Shown: positions 1 to 8,334 of the stretch, piece after piece
Layout of the letters: every line of letters starts with the position of its first letter
Position numbering within the stretch: the stretch's first letter is position 1
Origin: an uncultured Pseudomonadales bacterium
Lineage (GTDB): Bacteria > Patescibacteriota > Microgenomatia > UBA1400 > PJMF01
Direction: 5' to 3'
DNA length: 40,861 nt
Assembly (NCBI GenBank): GCA_964611955.1
Contig: CAZTBN010000003.1
Coordinates: 1 to 40,861 of the forward strand
The notes under the pieces: generated by a model
The model's input: the letters and a program-made list of their open reading frames with translations, nothing else
Database searches by the model: none
Told to the model about the DNA's origin: nothing
Translations under genes and position numbers: made by a program

Positions 1-120
1 GTGGAGCTTACATTACAAATATTATTATGTAAGCGACAGAGGAGCAGATCAAGCTGAAAGCCTGGATCGCTCCAGGAGTGAAACTCCTTAGAAAGGAGCG
101 AAGCGAATTTATTATAACTA

Positions 121-155
121 AAATACAAAAAAGCGCCTAATAAATAGGCGCTTTT
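121..155 (-). terminator. Intrinsic terminator hairpin downstream of the 176..532 gene (could act in both directions)
   Basis: AGCGCCT (132-138) pairs perfectly with AGGCGCT (146-152) across a 7-nt loop. On the minus strand the stem is followed by TTTTTGTATTT. On the plus strand it is followed only by TTT. Confidence 0.7.
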
Positions 156-175
156 AAATTTAAAAATAATTTAAC

Positions 176-532
176 TTAACTGAGTTTTTGTTTAATTTTA
201 ATCACAAAAGCTCCCACTCCAGAAATAATGGTGCTAATAGTAGCAGTCATCATCTTGGTATCTAAAGCAGTATCAGCCACCTGATGAGTTTTGGTTGAAG
301 CTGTAGCGTTCTCAGCATAAACAATTTTTTGAGATTGAGTTTGTGAGAGTTCCACTTTACAACGAGTGGTGGTTTGACCATAAGCACCAACCACAGTTTC
401 GGTTTCGCATTCAGCAATACCATCTTGAGACTGGGTTTGCTCGGTTGAAGATTCAGCTGCAAAAGCAGAACCTACCATGGTGGTTAAACCAAGTAGAGTG
501 ATTAAAGATAAAATAATTAAAGTCTTTTTCAT
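176..532 (-). CDS. Small secreted, C-terminally anchored hypothetical protein (118 aa)
   Basis: Sec-type signal peptide MKKTLIILSLITLLGLTTMVGSAFA/AE. C-terminal hydrophobic helix ISTIISGVGAFVI followed by a basic tail KIKQKLS. No family recognised. Last gene of the ftsEX-strand block, followed by a terminator. Confidence 0.6.
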   Translation of the reverse strand: MKKTLIILSLITLLGLTTMVGSAFAAESSTEQTQSQDGIAECETETVVGAYGQTTTRCKVELSQTQSQKIVYAENATASTKTHQVADTALDTKMMTATISTIISGVGAFVIKIKQKLS

Positions 533-707
533 AATCTTGCTGTTTGTTATATATTGATATATTTTGATTAGTTACGATATTATATTATAAGCTGTGATAA
601 TGTCAAGCGGTAATCAAGTAAAAACTCTGTTATAGGACGAATAGTTTTATAAGATAGTTATGGGAAATCAATTAGAAAGGGATTTTAAAGAAGAATAATA
701 CTCTTAC

Positions 708-2009
708 TTAATTAGGGGTAAAGGTTCTCACGCTGTCAATTTGTAGTAAAGCATACTTGCTGCCAAAAGGAAGATCTGCTTCATAAAGAGGATCATTCAT
801 GGTGTAACTACCGTTAACTCCAGACTTAAGTACAATAAAATGGCCATCGTCGTTTCCAGAGTCAATGTGAACAATAACTGGTCTGCCAGCGCTTAATTCT
901 TGATCAATCACACTCAAATTTTGGCCAAAATAGCGGGTGTAGGCATATCCAGGTGGTGACGGAGGGGTACTCATATAAGCAGTATTTAAGACAAAATTAT
1001 TGGGATTGCTACCAATGCTGACCGGATTAATATCATTACCATATTTTTTCCAGATCATAGCCACACTGGTAATAAAGCAACCAACTGAGCCAATAGTTTC
1101 CTGAGAATTACCAATGCGAGTATTACACCAGCGAGAGTCTCTTTGACTGTAAAACCAACCATCAGGCTGTGCCACCGGCCCACTGGTACAATAAGATGAG
1201 CCAAATCTAGAGGTGACAAAATCTCGATATGAAGCTAGTTCTCTCTGAGCTTGTGCCAGTAGTTGTTGATAAGTGGCTTCGCTATTTTTAGTTTCAGCTA
1301 ATAGTTTTTGTTTGCTCGCCCTGTTTTGTTCTACTTCGCGACGTTGCTTCTCTAACTCGGCCCGTTTTTCTTCCAATTGAGCTTGCTTAACTTCTTTTAA
1401 ATTTTTTTGTTCGTTATAAAGCAATCTCTGATTCTCAGCTTCTTGCATAGCACGAGCAATCTGTTTTTCTGCCTCTTGCAAATATCTTAGCTGGGAAATG
1501 AACTCAGGAAAATTATTAGAAGTAAAGAGAGCAATCATGGGGCTGGTGCGCGTCAGTTTATAGGCCGCTTGTGATCTGACAATTAAAATTTGAGTCAAAC
1601 GATCCAGCGATAAACTTAAACCATTAATTCTTTCATTCAGATTAGTTAGCTCTTTTTCTAGTAAATTAATCTCATTTTGGGTTTGAGCAATTTGAATTTG
1701 TTGTAATTGAGCTTGAGTATTAATAATATTGATCGCATTAGTTAGAGTTTGGGCTTGTTGCTGAGAGTTAGCAATTTTTCCTTGTAACTCTATACTCATG
1801 TCATTTAGACATCTGGTGTATGCGCCTACATCATCCTCTTTTTTTTGATTACATTCTTCAATAGTAATCGCCTGGACGAGATTAATTCTTGTTGCTGCTA
1901 GACTTAAAACAATCAGCAACAGTATTCCAATGCTGTACTTAAAAACATTCTTCAGCTGGAGAAAAAACCATTTATTGACCATAGCGATTTTTAGACTGGA
2001 CTGTTTCAT
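708..2009 (-). CDS. Coiled-coil protein with a C-terminal C39-like (papain-fold) cysteine peptidase domain; candidate FtsEX-coupled cell-wall hydrolase
   Basis: The ORF track gives 708..2012 (TTG); ATG is the second codon (2007-2009). N-terminal TM/signal IGILLLIVLSLAA, then about 200 aa of Q/E/L-rich heptad-like sequence. C-terminal domain has the Cys motif GSVGCFITSVAMIW, the His motif DDGHFIVLKSG and NDP. Lies 37 nt downstream of ftsX. Confidence 0.75.
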   Translation of the reverse strand: MKQSSLKIAMVNKWFFLQLKNVFKYSIGILLLIVLSLAATRINLVQAITIEECNQKKEDDVGAYTRCLNDMSIELQGKIANSQQQAQTLTNAINIINTQAQLQQIQIAQTQNEINLLEKELTNLNERINGLSLSLDRLTQILIVRSQAAYKLTRTSPMIALFTSNNFPEFISQLRYLQEAEKQIARAMQEAENQRLLYNEQKNLKEVKQAQLEEKRAELEKQRREVEQNRASKQKLLAETKNSEATYQQLLAQAQRELASYRDFVTSRFGSSYCTSGPVAQPDGWFYSQRDSRWCNTRIGNSQETIGSVGCFITSVAMIWKKYGNDINPVSIGSNPNNFVLNTAYMSTPPSPPGYAYTRYFGQNLSVIDQELSAGRPVIVHIDSGNDDGHFIVLKSGVNGSYTMNDPLYEADLPFGSKYALLQIDSVRTFTPN

Positions 2010-2049
2010 CAAAAATATTAGTTATCTTGTTCAAGGCTGATCAAACAGT

Positions 2050-2916
2050 TTACTTTTTGATTAAATTTTTGGCAGCTAAAATACTAGCCAGACCACTAAA
2101 CAAAAGGGCAAGACCAGTACCAAGTGCAAGTTGTATGAGGAAGAACTCGATGGCAATGGGGAAGGAGATGATCTGACCCACTACAGAACTTAACCAGGGG
2201 CTGATATAAAGGAAAACAGCATACATAAGCCCCCAACCAGCCATTGATCCAATTGCTCCATATAAAAAACCTTCGTAAATATAGGGAGTCAAGATAAAAC
2301 CGTAATTGGCTCCAATATAACGCAAAATTGCTATTTTTTTCTTTTGATGGCTGATTTTAAAGCTAATAGTGCTGGTAATGATCAGTAAAGACAGCGTGAT
2401 TAAGATGCCACTCAAAACTAGGCCAATAATTCTGATTGAGCTAATCCATTGCGTTAATTGTTCAAGAACATCTTGCTGAATCGAGATATCATCAATTTGG
2501 GAAAACCGTTTCAATTCTTGATGAATTTGATTCAGACTTTCTGGGTTGGCTGCAGCAATCTCAATGCTGGCTGGCAAAATATCAGCGCTTACCAGCTCTA
2601 GCAATAAAGGATTATCTTGTTTTTCTTGATAATAGTTAAAAGCATCTTGTTTGGAAATGACTTTAATAGAGTCAACATAAGACAGTTGCTCTAAACTTTC
2701 TTTAACCTCGTTAATGTCTGCATCTTCAGCTTTAATATTAAAAAAAGCAATGATCTTTGGCTGAGCTTCAAAATATTGCAAAACTTGTTGTGAACCCAAG
2801 AGAAAGATTGAAAAACCATAAATTACAAAAAAAGTTAAGGCAATCATCACCATAGCCATTAAACTTTTATATGGAGTCCGTCTCAGGTTGATTAAAGTAG
2901 TTTTGAATGCTTTCAT
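2050..2916 (-). CDS. ftsX: Cell-division ABC transporter permease-like protein FtsX
   Basis: 288 aa. N-terminal TM, a large extracytoplasmic loop, then three C-terminal TM helices (FtsX-like permease topology). Starts 15 nt after the ftsE stop. Confidence 0.85.
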   Translation of the reverse strand: MKAFKTTLINLRRTPYKSLMAMVMIALTFFVIYGFSIFLLGSQQVLQYFEAQPKIIAFFNIKAEDADINEVKESLEQLSYVDSIKVISKQDAFNYYQEKQDNPLLLELVSADILPASIEIAAANPESLNQIHQELKRFSQIDDISIQQDVLEQLTQWISSIRIIGLVLSGILITLSLLIITSTISFKISHQKKKIAILRYIGANYGFILTPYIYEGFLYGAIGSMAGWGLMYAVFLYISPWLSSVVGQIISFPIAIEFFLIQLALGTGLALLFSGLASILAAKNLIKK

Positions 2917-2931
2917 GGCAGATTAATTAGC

Positions 2932-3906
2932 TTATGATTTAGCTGAGTTTTTTTTAGTTTTTTCTTTCAATTTTGATTGTGAATCTGATTCTGTTGTTGT
3001 TTTACCTGATTTCATGGCGAGTTTTTTAATTTTATTTTGAATTTTTTGGGCAAAACCAGAAATTTTCTTTGGTTGAATCTTGAGTTTAACTGGTTTTTTA
3101 AGCTCATTTTCTTGATCCGCTTCTTGATTTACTTCTTGTTTTATTTCTTGAGTATCAGTTGTTTTTTTGGTTGCCTTGACTATTGCTTGTGGTTGAACCT
3201 CCTTTTTATGAGGTTTTTCTGCCAAATTAGCTGTTAAATCTGAGCAAATTTCCTCTGAGTCTGCTGCTTCTAGATCAACATGTTTAGCTTTAATTTCTTT
3301 AATAATCACCGGATCATGAGTAGCAATAATTAAGGTGGTACCAAGTTCATTAATTTTTTTAAGTAAATTAATAATGTGATGAGCTGTTTTAGCGTCTAAA
3401 TTACCAGTGGGCTCGTCAGCAAAAATTACACTCGGTCCAGTAGCTAGAGCGCGAGCAATGCTGATGCGCTGAGCTTCTCCGCCCGAGAGTTGTTTGGGAA
3501 ACATTAAAGCTTTGCTGGTAAGTTGCACTAAAGATAAGAGGTCAGTCACTCTTTCCTCAATACTGGGTAGACTTTGCCCCTGAATGACTAAAGGCATAGC
3601 AATATTTTCCCAGACGTTTAATTCTTCAATTAATTTACAATCTTGAAAAACTGCTCCGATTTTTCTTCGGTGTAATGGCAGTTGCTTAGGTTTTATCTCT
3701 CGCAAGGACTGACCATCCATAGTAATATCACCAGATACAGGTTGATATTCTTTAATTAACAAATTTAGGATGGTGGTTTTACCACTACCTGAAGGACCAG
3801 TGATCAAAACTAACTCACCATCCTCAATATTAAAGGAGAGATTGGTAAAGGCAACTGTGCCGTCAGTAAAACGCTGGGTTACATTTTGAAATTGAATCAT
3901 AACCAT
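2932..3906 (-). CDS. ftsE: Cell-division ATP-binding protein FtsE with a roughly 100-aa Lys/Glu/Gln-rich C-terminal extension
   Basis: Walker A GPSGSGKTT, ABC signature LSGGEAQR, Walker B VIFADEPTGNLD, H-loop ATHD. The tail from about residue 225 is low-complexity (KKEVQPQAIVKATKKTTDTQEIKQEVNQEADQENELKKPVKLK...). Confidence 0.93.
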   Translation of the reverse strand: MVMIQFQNVTQRFTDGTVAFTNLSFNIEDGELVLITGPSGSGKTTILNLLIKEYQPVSGDITMDGQSLREIKPKQLPLHRRKIGAVFQDCKLIEELNVWENIAMPLVIQGQSLPSIEERVTDLLSLVQLTSKALMFPKQLSGGEAQRISIARALATGPSVIFADEPTGNLDAKTAHHIINLLKKINELGTTLIIATHDPVIIKEIKAKHVDLEAADSEEICSDLTANLAEKPHKKEVQPQAIVKATKKTTDTQEIKQEVNQEADQENELKKPVKLKIQPKKISGFAQKIQNKIKKLAMKSGKTTTESDSQSKLKEKTKKNSAKS

Positions 3907-3975
3907 GAATCTAATATCTTTATATTAAATCACGTTTGAAGGAGTATCTGCAACCGAACTTTAAATTAAGCTAAT

Positions 3976-4581
3976 TTAAAGTTCTTCTTCTACAGGAGGT
4001 TGGGCATCAATATTGATAATCTCGATTTTACCCACATCCATCAGCCATCCAGCTACTTGCCCATTATAAGTTTCTCCCCAAACCTTAACTTCCATTCCTA
4101 CTAATTTATCTAGATCAGTCACAGTTGATGTTAAATAAACAGTTTGACTTACTCCGCCTGCTCGCAGCAGCTTATGAGAACCTTCGCCCTCAATTCCGCC
4201 AGCTTCAAGAAAACCTTGAGCACTATCTTTAAAATTATCAGAATTTGTAGAGCCAAAAACATCGCCATTAGAAACATTATCGCCAGCAATCTGTTGTAAA
4301 GGTTCAGGTTGAGAACTAGCACCAGTTTGAGTTTGTAAACGGTGAGCTCCAAACCCGGTGGTAGCACCGGCAATCAAGGCTACTAAACAAATAACGATTA
4401 ATCCTTTTGTTTGTTTCTTTTTCATAGTTATTTCATCTTGACTAAAAGCAATCGGTCGGACAGGTGAAGATTGTTGCGAAGTTTGATTTTGACTGATTTT
4501 TTCAGTGGCGTCAACCGCAGTTATGGGTTGGGTTTCAGTTTCATTATTATCAGGTGAGGCAGTTAAATTTATTTTTTTCAT
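3976..4581 (-). CDS. Hypothetical single-pass membrane protein (201 aa)
   Basis: Disordered N-terminus, one TM (LIVICLVALIAGATTGFGA), and a C-terminal region that looks beta-rich. No family recognised. Same strand as ftsE and directly upstream of it. Confidence 0.6.
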   Translation of the reverse strand: MKKINLTASPDNNETETQPITAVDATEKISQNQTSQQSSPVRPIAFSQDEITMKKKQTKGLIVICLVALIAGATTGFGAHRLQTQTGASSQPEPLQQIAGDNVSNGDVFGSTNSDNFKDSAQGFLEAGGIEGEGSHKLLRAGGVSQTVYLTSTVTDLDKLVGMEVKVWGETYNGQVAGWLMDVGKIEIINIDAQPPVEEEL

Positions 4582-4680
4582 AATTTAATCTTACACTATC
4601 GTGCTGAGATACAAAATAGGATTATTTAAGATTATTATAGGATTCCACCATAAAAAACTGACCATGGTCAACTTATTTTT

Positions 4681-5772
4681 TTAAAGTTTAACTTCAGCTT
4701 CGATAAATAGATCAAGATCACCATCTAAAACAGCTTGAGTGTCACTAGTTTCAACTTGAGTGCGAGTATCTTTAACTAGCTGATAAGGATGAAGCACATA
4801 ATTGCGAATTTGTGTGCCCCAACTGGCTGGGTGATAGCTTCCCTTCTCCTGTTGCAAGTTTTTTTCTAGTTTTTCTTCCACTATGGTAGCGAGCTTTGCC
4901 TTAAGAATTTTAAGAGCAGTTTTTTTATTATCGACTTGGCTTCTTTCTTGCCTACTTTTCACTGTTATACCACTGGGCAGATGAGTTAGCTCCACTGCAC
5001 TACTAGTTTTATTAACCGATTGACCGCCAGGTCCACCTGATCTGGTAAAATGCCAACTTAACTCTTCATCTTTAATCTCAATCTCAGTATCAGTATCCAC
5101 CACCGGCATCACTTCCACTAGAGCAAAAGAAGTTTGACGCAAACTATCTGCATTAAAAGGACTAAGTCTGACCAACCGATGCGTGCCACGCTCTTTTTTT
5201 AAATAACCATAAGCAAAAGGGGCTTTAATCTCATAACTCACTTCCTTGATGCCAGCCTCTTCCCCTCTGATTTCACTGATGAACTCAACTTTCCAACCTT
5301 TGCGCTCAAAATAACGAGTATACATGCGAGACAGCATCTCTGCCCAATCCATAGCCTCGGTCCCACCCTGACCAGGGTGAATAGATAGAATAGCGCTATT
5401 TTGATCATAGCGACCGCTTAAAAACTGAGCAATATTAAGTTGTTGTACCAAGGTTTGTAACTTTTCAGCAATGGTTTGAGTTTCCAGTTGCATTAATTGC
5501 AGTAACTCCTCATCAGTTGTTTCTGCAGCTAAAGTTTGAGAAGTGATTAAATCTTGGGTTAGCTGTTCTAGTTCTTTAATCTGTTCTAACTGTTGAGTGT
5601 GCCAGCTAATTTGCTGCATCACCTCTTGAGCATCAGCCCGATTCCAAAAGTTAGGTTGCACAGTCAGAGCTTGCAACTGCGCAATTTTGTTTTGATGCAC
5701 TAAAGCATCAATCTTTTGAATCAAATTTTGAGCTTGATCTATGAGTGGAGCAAAAGTTTTAGCGTCGGCCAT
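4681..5772 (-). CDS. prfB: Peptide chain release factor 2
   Basis: GGQ motif SGGPGGQSVN and the RF2-specific SPF tripeptide (RLSPFNA). 363 aa in a single frame, with no +1 frameshift site. Confidence 0.95.
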   Translation of the reverse strand: MADAKTFAPLIDQAQNLIQKIDALVHQNKIAQLQALTVQPNFWNRADAQEVMQQISWHTQQLEQIKELEQLTQDLITSQTLAAETTDEELLQLMQLETQTIAEKLQTLVQQLNIAQFLSGRYDQNSAILSIHPGQGGTEAMDWAEMLSRMYTRYFERKGWKVEFISEIRGEEAGIKEVSYEIKAPFAYGYLKKERGTHRLVRLSPFNADSLRQTSFALVEVMPVVDTDTEIEIKDEELSWHFTRSGGPGGQSVNKTSSAVELTHLPSGITVKSRQERSQVDNKKTALKILKAKLATIVEEKLEKNLQQEKGSYHPASWGTQIRNYVLHPYQLVKDTRTQVETSDTQAVLDGDLDLFIEAEVKL

Positions 5773-5838
5773 AAACTGTGGTAATTATAATTTTTAGTTG
5801 CTAAAAGAATGATAGCTTATTATATACCCTTATGATGG

Positions 5839-7557
5839 TTAAAAACTTAAGTTTTGATCAAGTTGTTGTTCTGAAAATTGATCAAAATAATTAATGTAAT
5901 AGGTAGTGGCTGGCAATCCCGGTTGTCTGAAAATGGTCCAAGTTTGTTGGGAATTAAGAGCTTGCTCAGGCGTAATCAGATAACTGCAGTTTTTGTTTGT
6001 TTGCTCTGGCAGAGTGATTAAAAATCCTAACTGAGTAGCCTGACCTTGCCAAATGGGAATAATGCCATCTTCTTCCAGTTTCAGTTGCTCATCTCCACAT
6101 TTAAGACTGACCTTGTTAATCGGTAAATTAGTTACCAGGCGCTGATAATTAACATAGCCTAAGTGAGTAGCCTGGAGCAAATCAGGGTTATTCTCAATCA
6201 AGGCTATCTCTGCTTGTGATAGCGGTTGATTCTGATTTTGAAACTCTGTTTGAATGATAATTTGATGAGGTTGAAAATGTAGTTCTACTTGGCGTTGTAT
6301 GGCTTGATTGGCCTTGTTAATGCCGACATTTGACTCTATTAAATATAAAAAATAATCAGTCGTGAAATTAAGCGTTCCTGCTAGTTGAGCTTGAACCAAG
6401 ATGGCTTGAATCTCAGCATTAGTGCTGTAAGCCATTAAATCTTTGGAGTTTTTAGCTTGAGCTAACATCAATCCCAGTTGTTGAAACTGTTGCTGATCAA
6501 GTTTTACTAATTCTAGTTTGAGTACTGAGTATAACTGTTGTAAAAACTGTTTTTTTTGTTTATCGCCAGCGAAAAATTGTAATCGTTGTTGCCGAGCCAG
6601 TTGAGTCACATTTTCAGCTGTCACTGTTTGATTTTCTGGCTGATTACCAACAGCATCTGGCAAATAGACTGGGCCAGTAACAGTTAATAATTCTTTGATT
6701 AAGTTTAAATTAACTGAAATGAGTAAATCAGTGCTAGGTAAATTAGTTTGAGCTAGTAAAGCCAGAATATCAGTCGAGGCTTGACTAAAATCAGCTGCCC
6801 AGTTGGCATCGGTGAGCGCCAAACCTTTGCCTGCGCTGAGATATTGTTGCACTCCAGAGGGAGCACTCAGAGTGTGCGTGATTTGATTAGATAAATCGTA
6901 GATATCATAAAAAACTGGTTCAGTAAGAGCACCATGATTTAAAGTCATGGTGGCTAAAGAACCGGTAAAACCACCACCCGAGCGCAACTCATCGCTATTG
7001 TTAAGCAGTAATACGATGTGATGCTGACCTTGAGCCAAATGATTGATCACAGTGGTAAACTGTGTTAAGTTTTTTTGTGCTGACAGGAGTTGTTGTTGCT
7101 GAGTTTGAGTGCTGAGTTTTTGTAAAAGCCAACTTTTCTGAAAATGATTAAAAAATTGTTGATAATAGCTATTTAGTTGCACAAGATCGTTAATATTGTT
7201 TGTAGAAATAAGTTGGTTGGCCTTTGTTTCTTGACTTAACTCAAGGTTATAAGCCGGCGTGAAAGAATTGATGGTGTTTTGTAGATCTTGATGAAGGTTG
7301 GGAGTCAGCTGAATAATGCGCAATCCGTTACTCCAAGCCTCGATGATCTGAAGCTGATGGAACGTTAAAAGTTGAGCTGGTTGTAACAATAAATTAGCTA
7401 TTTGTGCAGAGTTGCTAGCACTGGCAAACTGAAAATTTTGTAGCGATCGCACGCTTAAAAAAGTTAAAACTGCGGCAACACCTAGAAAAATTAATATTCC
7501 ACTGATTATTTTCACCAAAATTTTGAACAGAAGTTTAGTTTTGTGCGTCAACAGCAT
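5839..7557 (-). CDS. DUF4012-like membrane-anchored protein
   Basis: The ORF track gives 5839..7629. The internal ATG at 7555-7557 (MLLTHKTKLL...) precedes the TM helix IISGILIFLGVAAVLTFL and avoids overlap with the divergent gene. The motif SDELRSGGGFTGSLA resembles the conserved DUF4012 core as I recall it. Confidence 0.6.
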   Translation of the reverse strand: MLLTHKTKLLFKILVKIISGILIFLGVAAVLTFLSVRSLQNFQFASASNSAQIANLLLQPAQLLTFHQLQIIEAWSNGLRIIQLTPNLHQDLQNTINSFTPAYNLELSQETKANQLISTNNINDLVQLNSYYQQFFNHFQKSWLLQKLSTQTQQQQLLSAQKNLTQFTTVINHLAQGQHHIVLLLNNSDELRSGGGFTGSLATMTLNHGALTEPVFYDIYDLSNQITHTLSAPSGVQQYLSAGKGLALTDANWAADFSQASTDILALLAQTNLPSTDLLISVNLNLIKELLTVTGPVYLPDAVGNQPENQTVTAENVTQLARQQRLQFFAGDKQKKQFLQQLYSVLKLELVKLDQQQFQQLGLMLAQAKNSKDLMAYSTNAEIQAILVQAQLAGTLNFTTDYFLYLIESNVGINKANQAIQRQVELHFQPHQIIIQTEFQNQNQPLSQAEIALIENNPDLLQATHLGYVNYQRLVTNLPINKVSLKCGDEQLKLEEDGIIPIWQGQATQLGFLITLPEQTNKNCSYLITPEQALNSQQTWTIFRQPGLPATTYYINYFDQFSEQQLDQNLSF

Positions 7558-8334
7558 GTGCGTGTCTCCATAAGACCTATTATAATAGGCTCTGTGCAAA
7601 AACATTCTCCAAAAAAACAAAATTATCATTTTTTAATTGTTCATGGTTGGTCATTAGATTCGACCATGAAAGGTCGTTGGCAACCTTTAATTAAATTATT
7701 GCAAGCAGCAGGGCACCAAGTAGAATATCTAGATTTACCTGGTTTTGATAAGCCTCTCGATGTTAGTTGGGATTTAAATGCTTATGCCAGGTGGTTAAAT
7801 CAAAAAATCGCTCAAACTAAAAATTGTTTTGTGATTGGTCATTCTTTTGGTGGGCAGATTGCTTGTCGAGCTGCGGCCACTCACCCCAAAAATTTATTAG
7901 GTGTGGTATTAATTGGGCCAGCTGGCATTATTGATCGCAGTTGGACTAAACAGCTTAAGCGAGGTATGTTTAAAACTATGGCTAAAGTTGGTCAACTGTT
8001 GCCTTTTCACCAGAGTAAAAAAGTTTTGAAAAATTTGCTTTATAAAGTTGCTCGTGAACAAGATTATCATCAAGCTCCAGCTGTTTTAAAGAAAACCATG
8101 AGCAATGTTTTGCAAGATGAAGTGATTCAAGATTTACCCAACATTGAGGTACCAGTTTTAATTTTGTGGGGAGAGGCTGATAGTTTTACTCCTGTTAAGC
8201 ATGCCTCAATTTTTCAACAGGGCATTAAACACAGTCAACTGGTTAAAATCCCTCAAGAAGGTCATCGACCTTATTTTACCCAGCCTCAATTAGTTGTTAC
8301 TCACATTAATCAATTTTTAACTGATGTTGCTTAA
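7543..8334 (+). CDS. Alpha/beta-fold hydrolase
   Basis: HGW oxyanion region FLIVHGW, nucleophile elbow GHSFGG, acid GEADSF and His EGHRPYF. The start is uncertain: GTG at 7543, 7558 or 7594 are all possible, and none has an obvious SD. Confidence 0.75.
   Translation: MRQQHVRVSIRPIIIGSVQKHSPKKQNYHFLIVHGWSLDSTMKGRWQPLIKLLQAAGHQVEYLDLPGFDKPLDVSWDLNAYARWLNQKIAQTKNCFVIGHSFGGQIACRAAATHPKNLLGVVLIGPAGIIDRSWTKQLKRGMFKTMAKVGQLLPFHQSKKVLKNLLYKVAREQDYHQAPAVLKKTMSNVLQDEVIQDLPNIEVPVLILWGEADSFTPVKHASIFQQGIKHSQLVKIPQEGHRPYFTQPQLVVTHINQFLTDVA

Noticed and set aside
4681-5772. Looked for the programmed +1 frameshift (CTT TGA C-type site near codon 25) that is typical of prfB.
   Set aside because: The 363-aa RF2 is encoded in one uninterrupted frame from its ATG, and the N-terminal region aligns continuously. 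This is simply a frameshift-independent prfB, which is known in a minority of bacteria.
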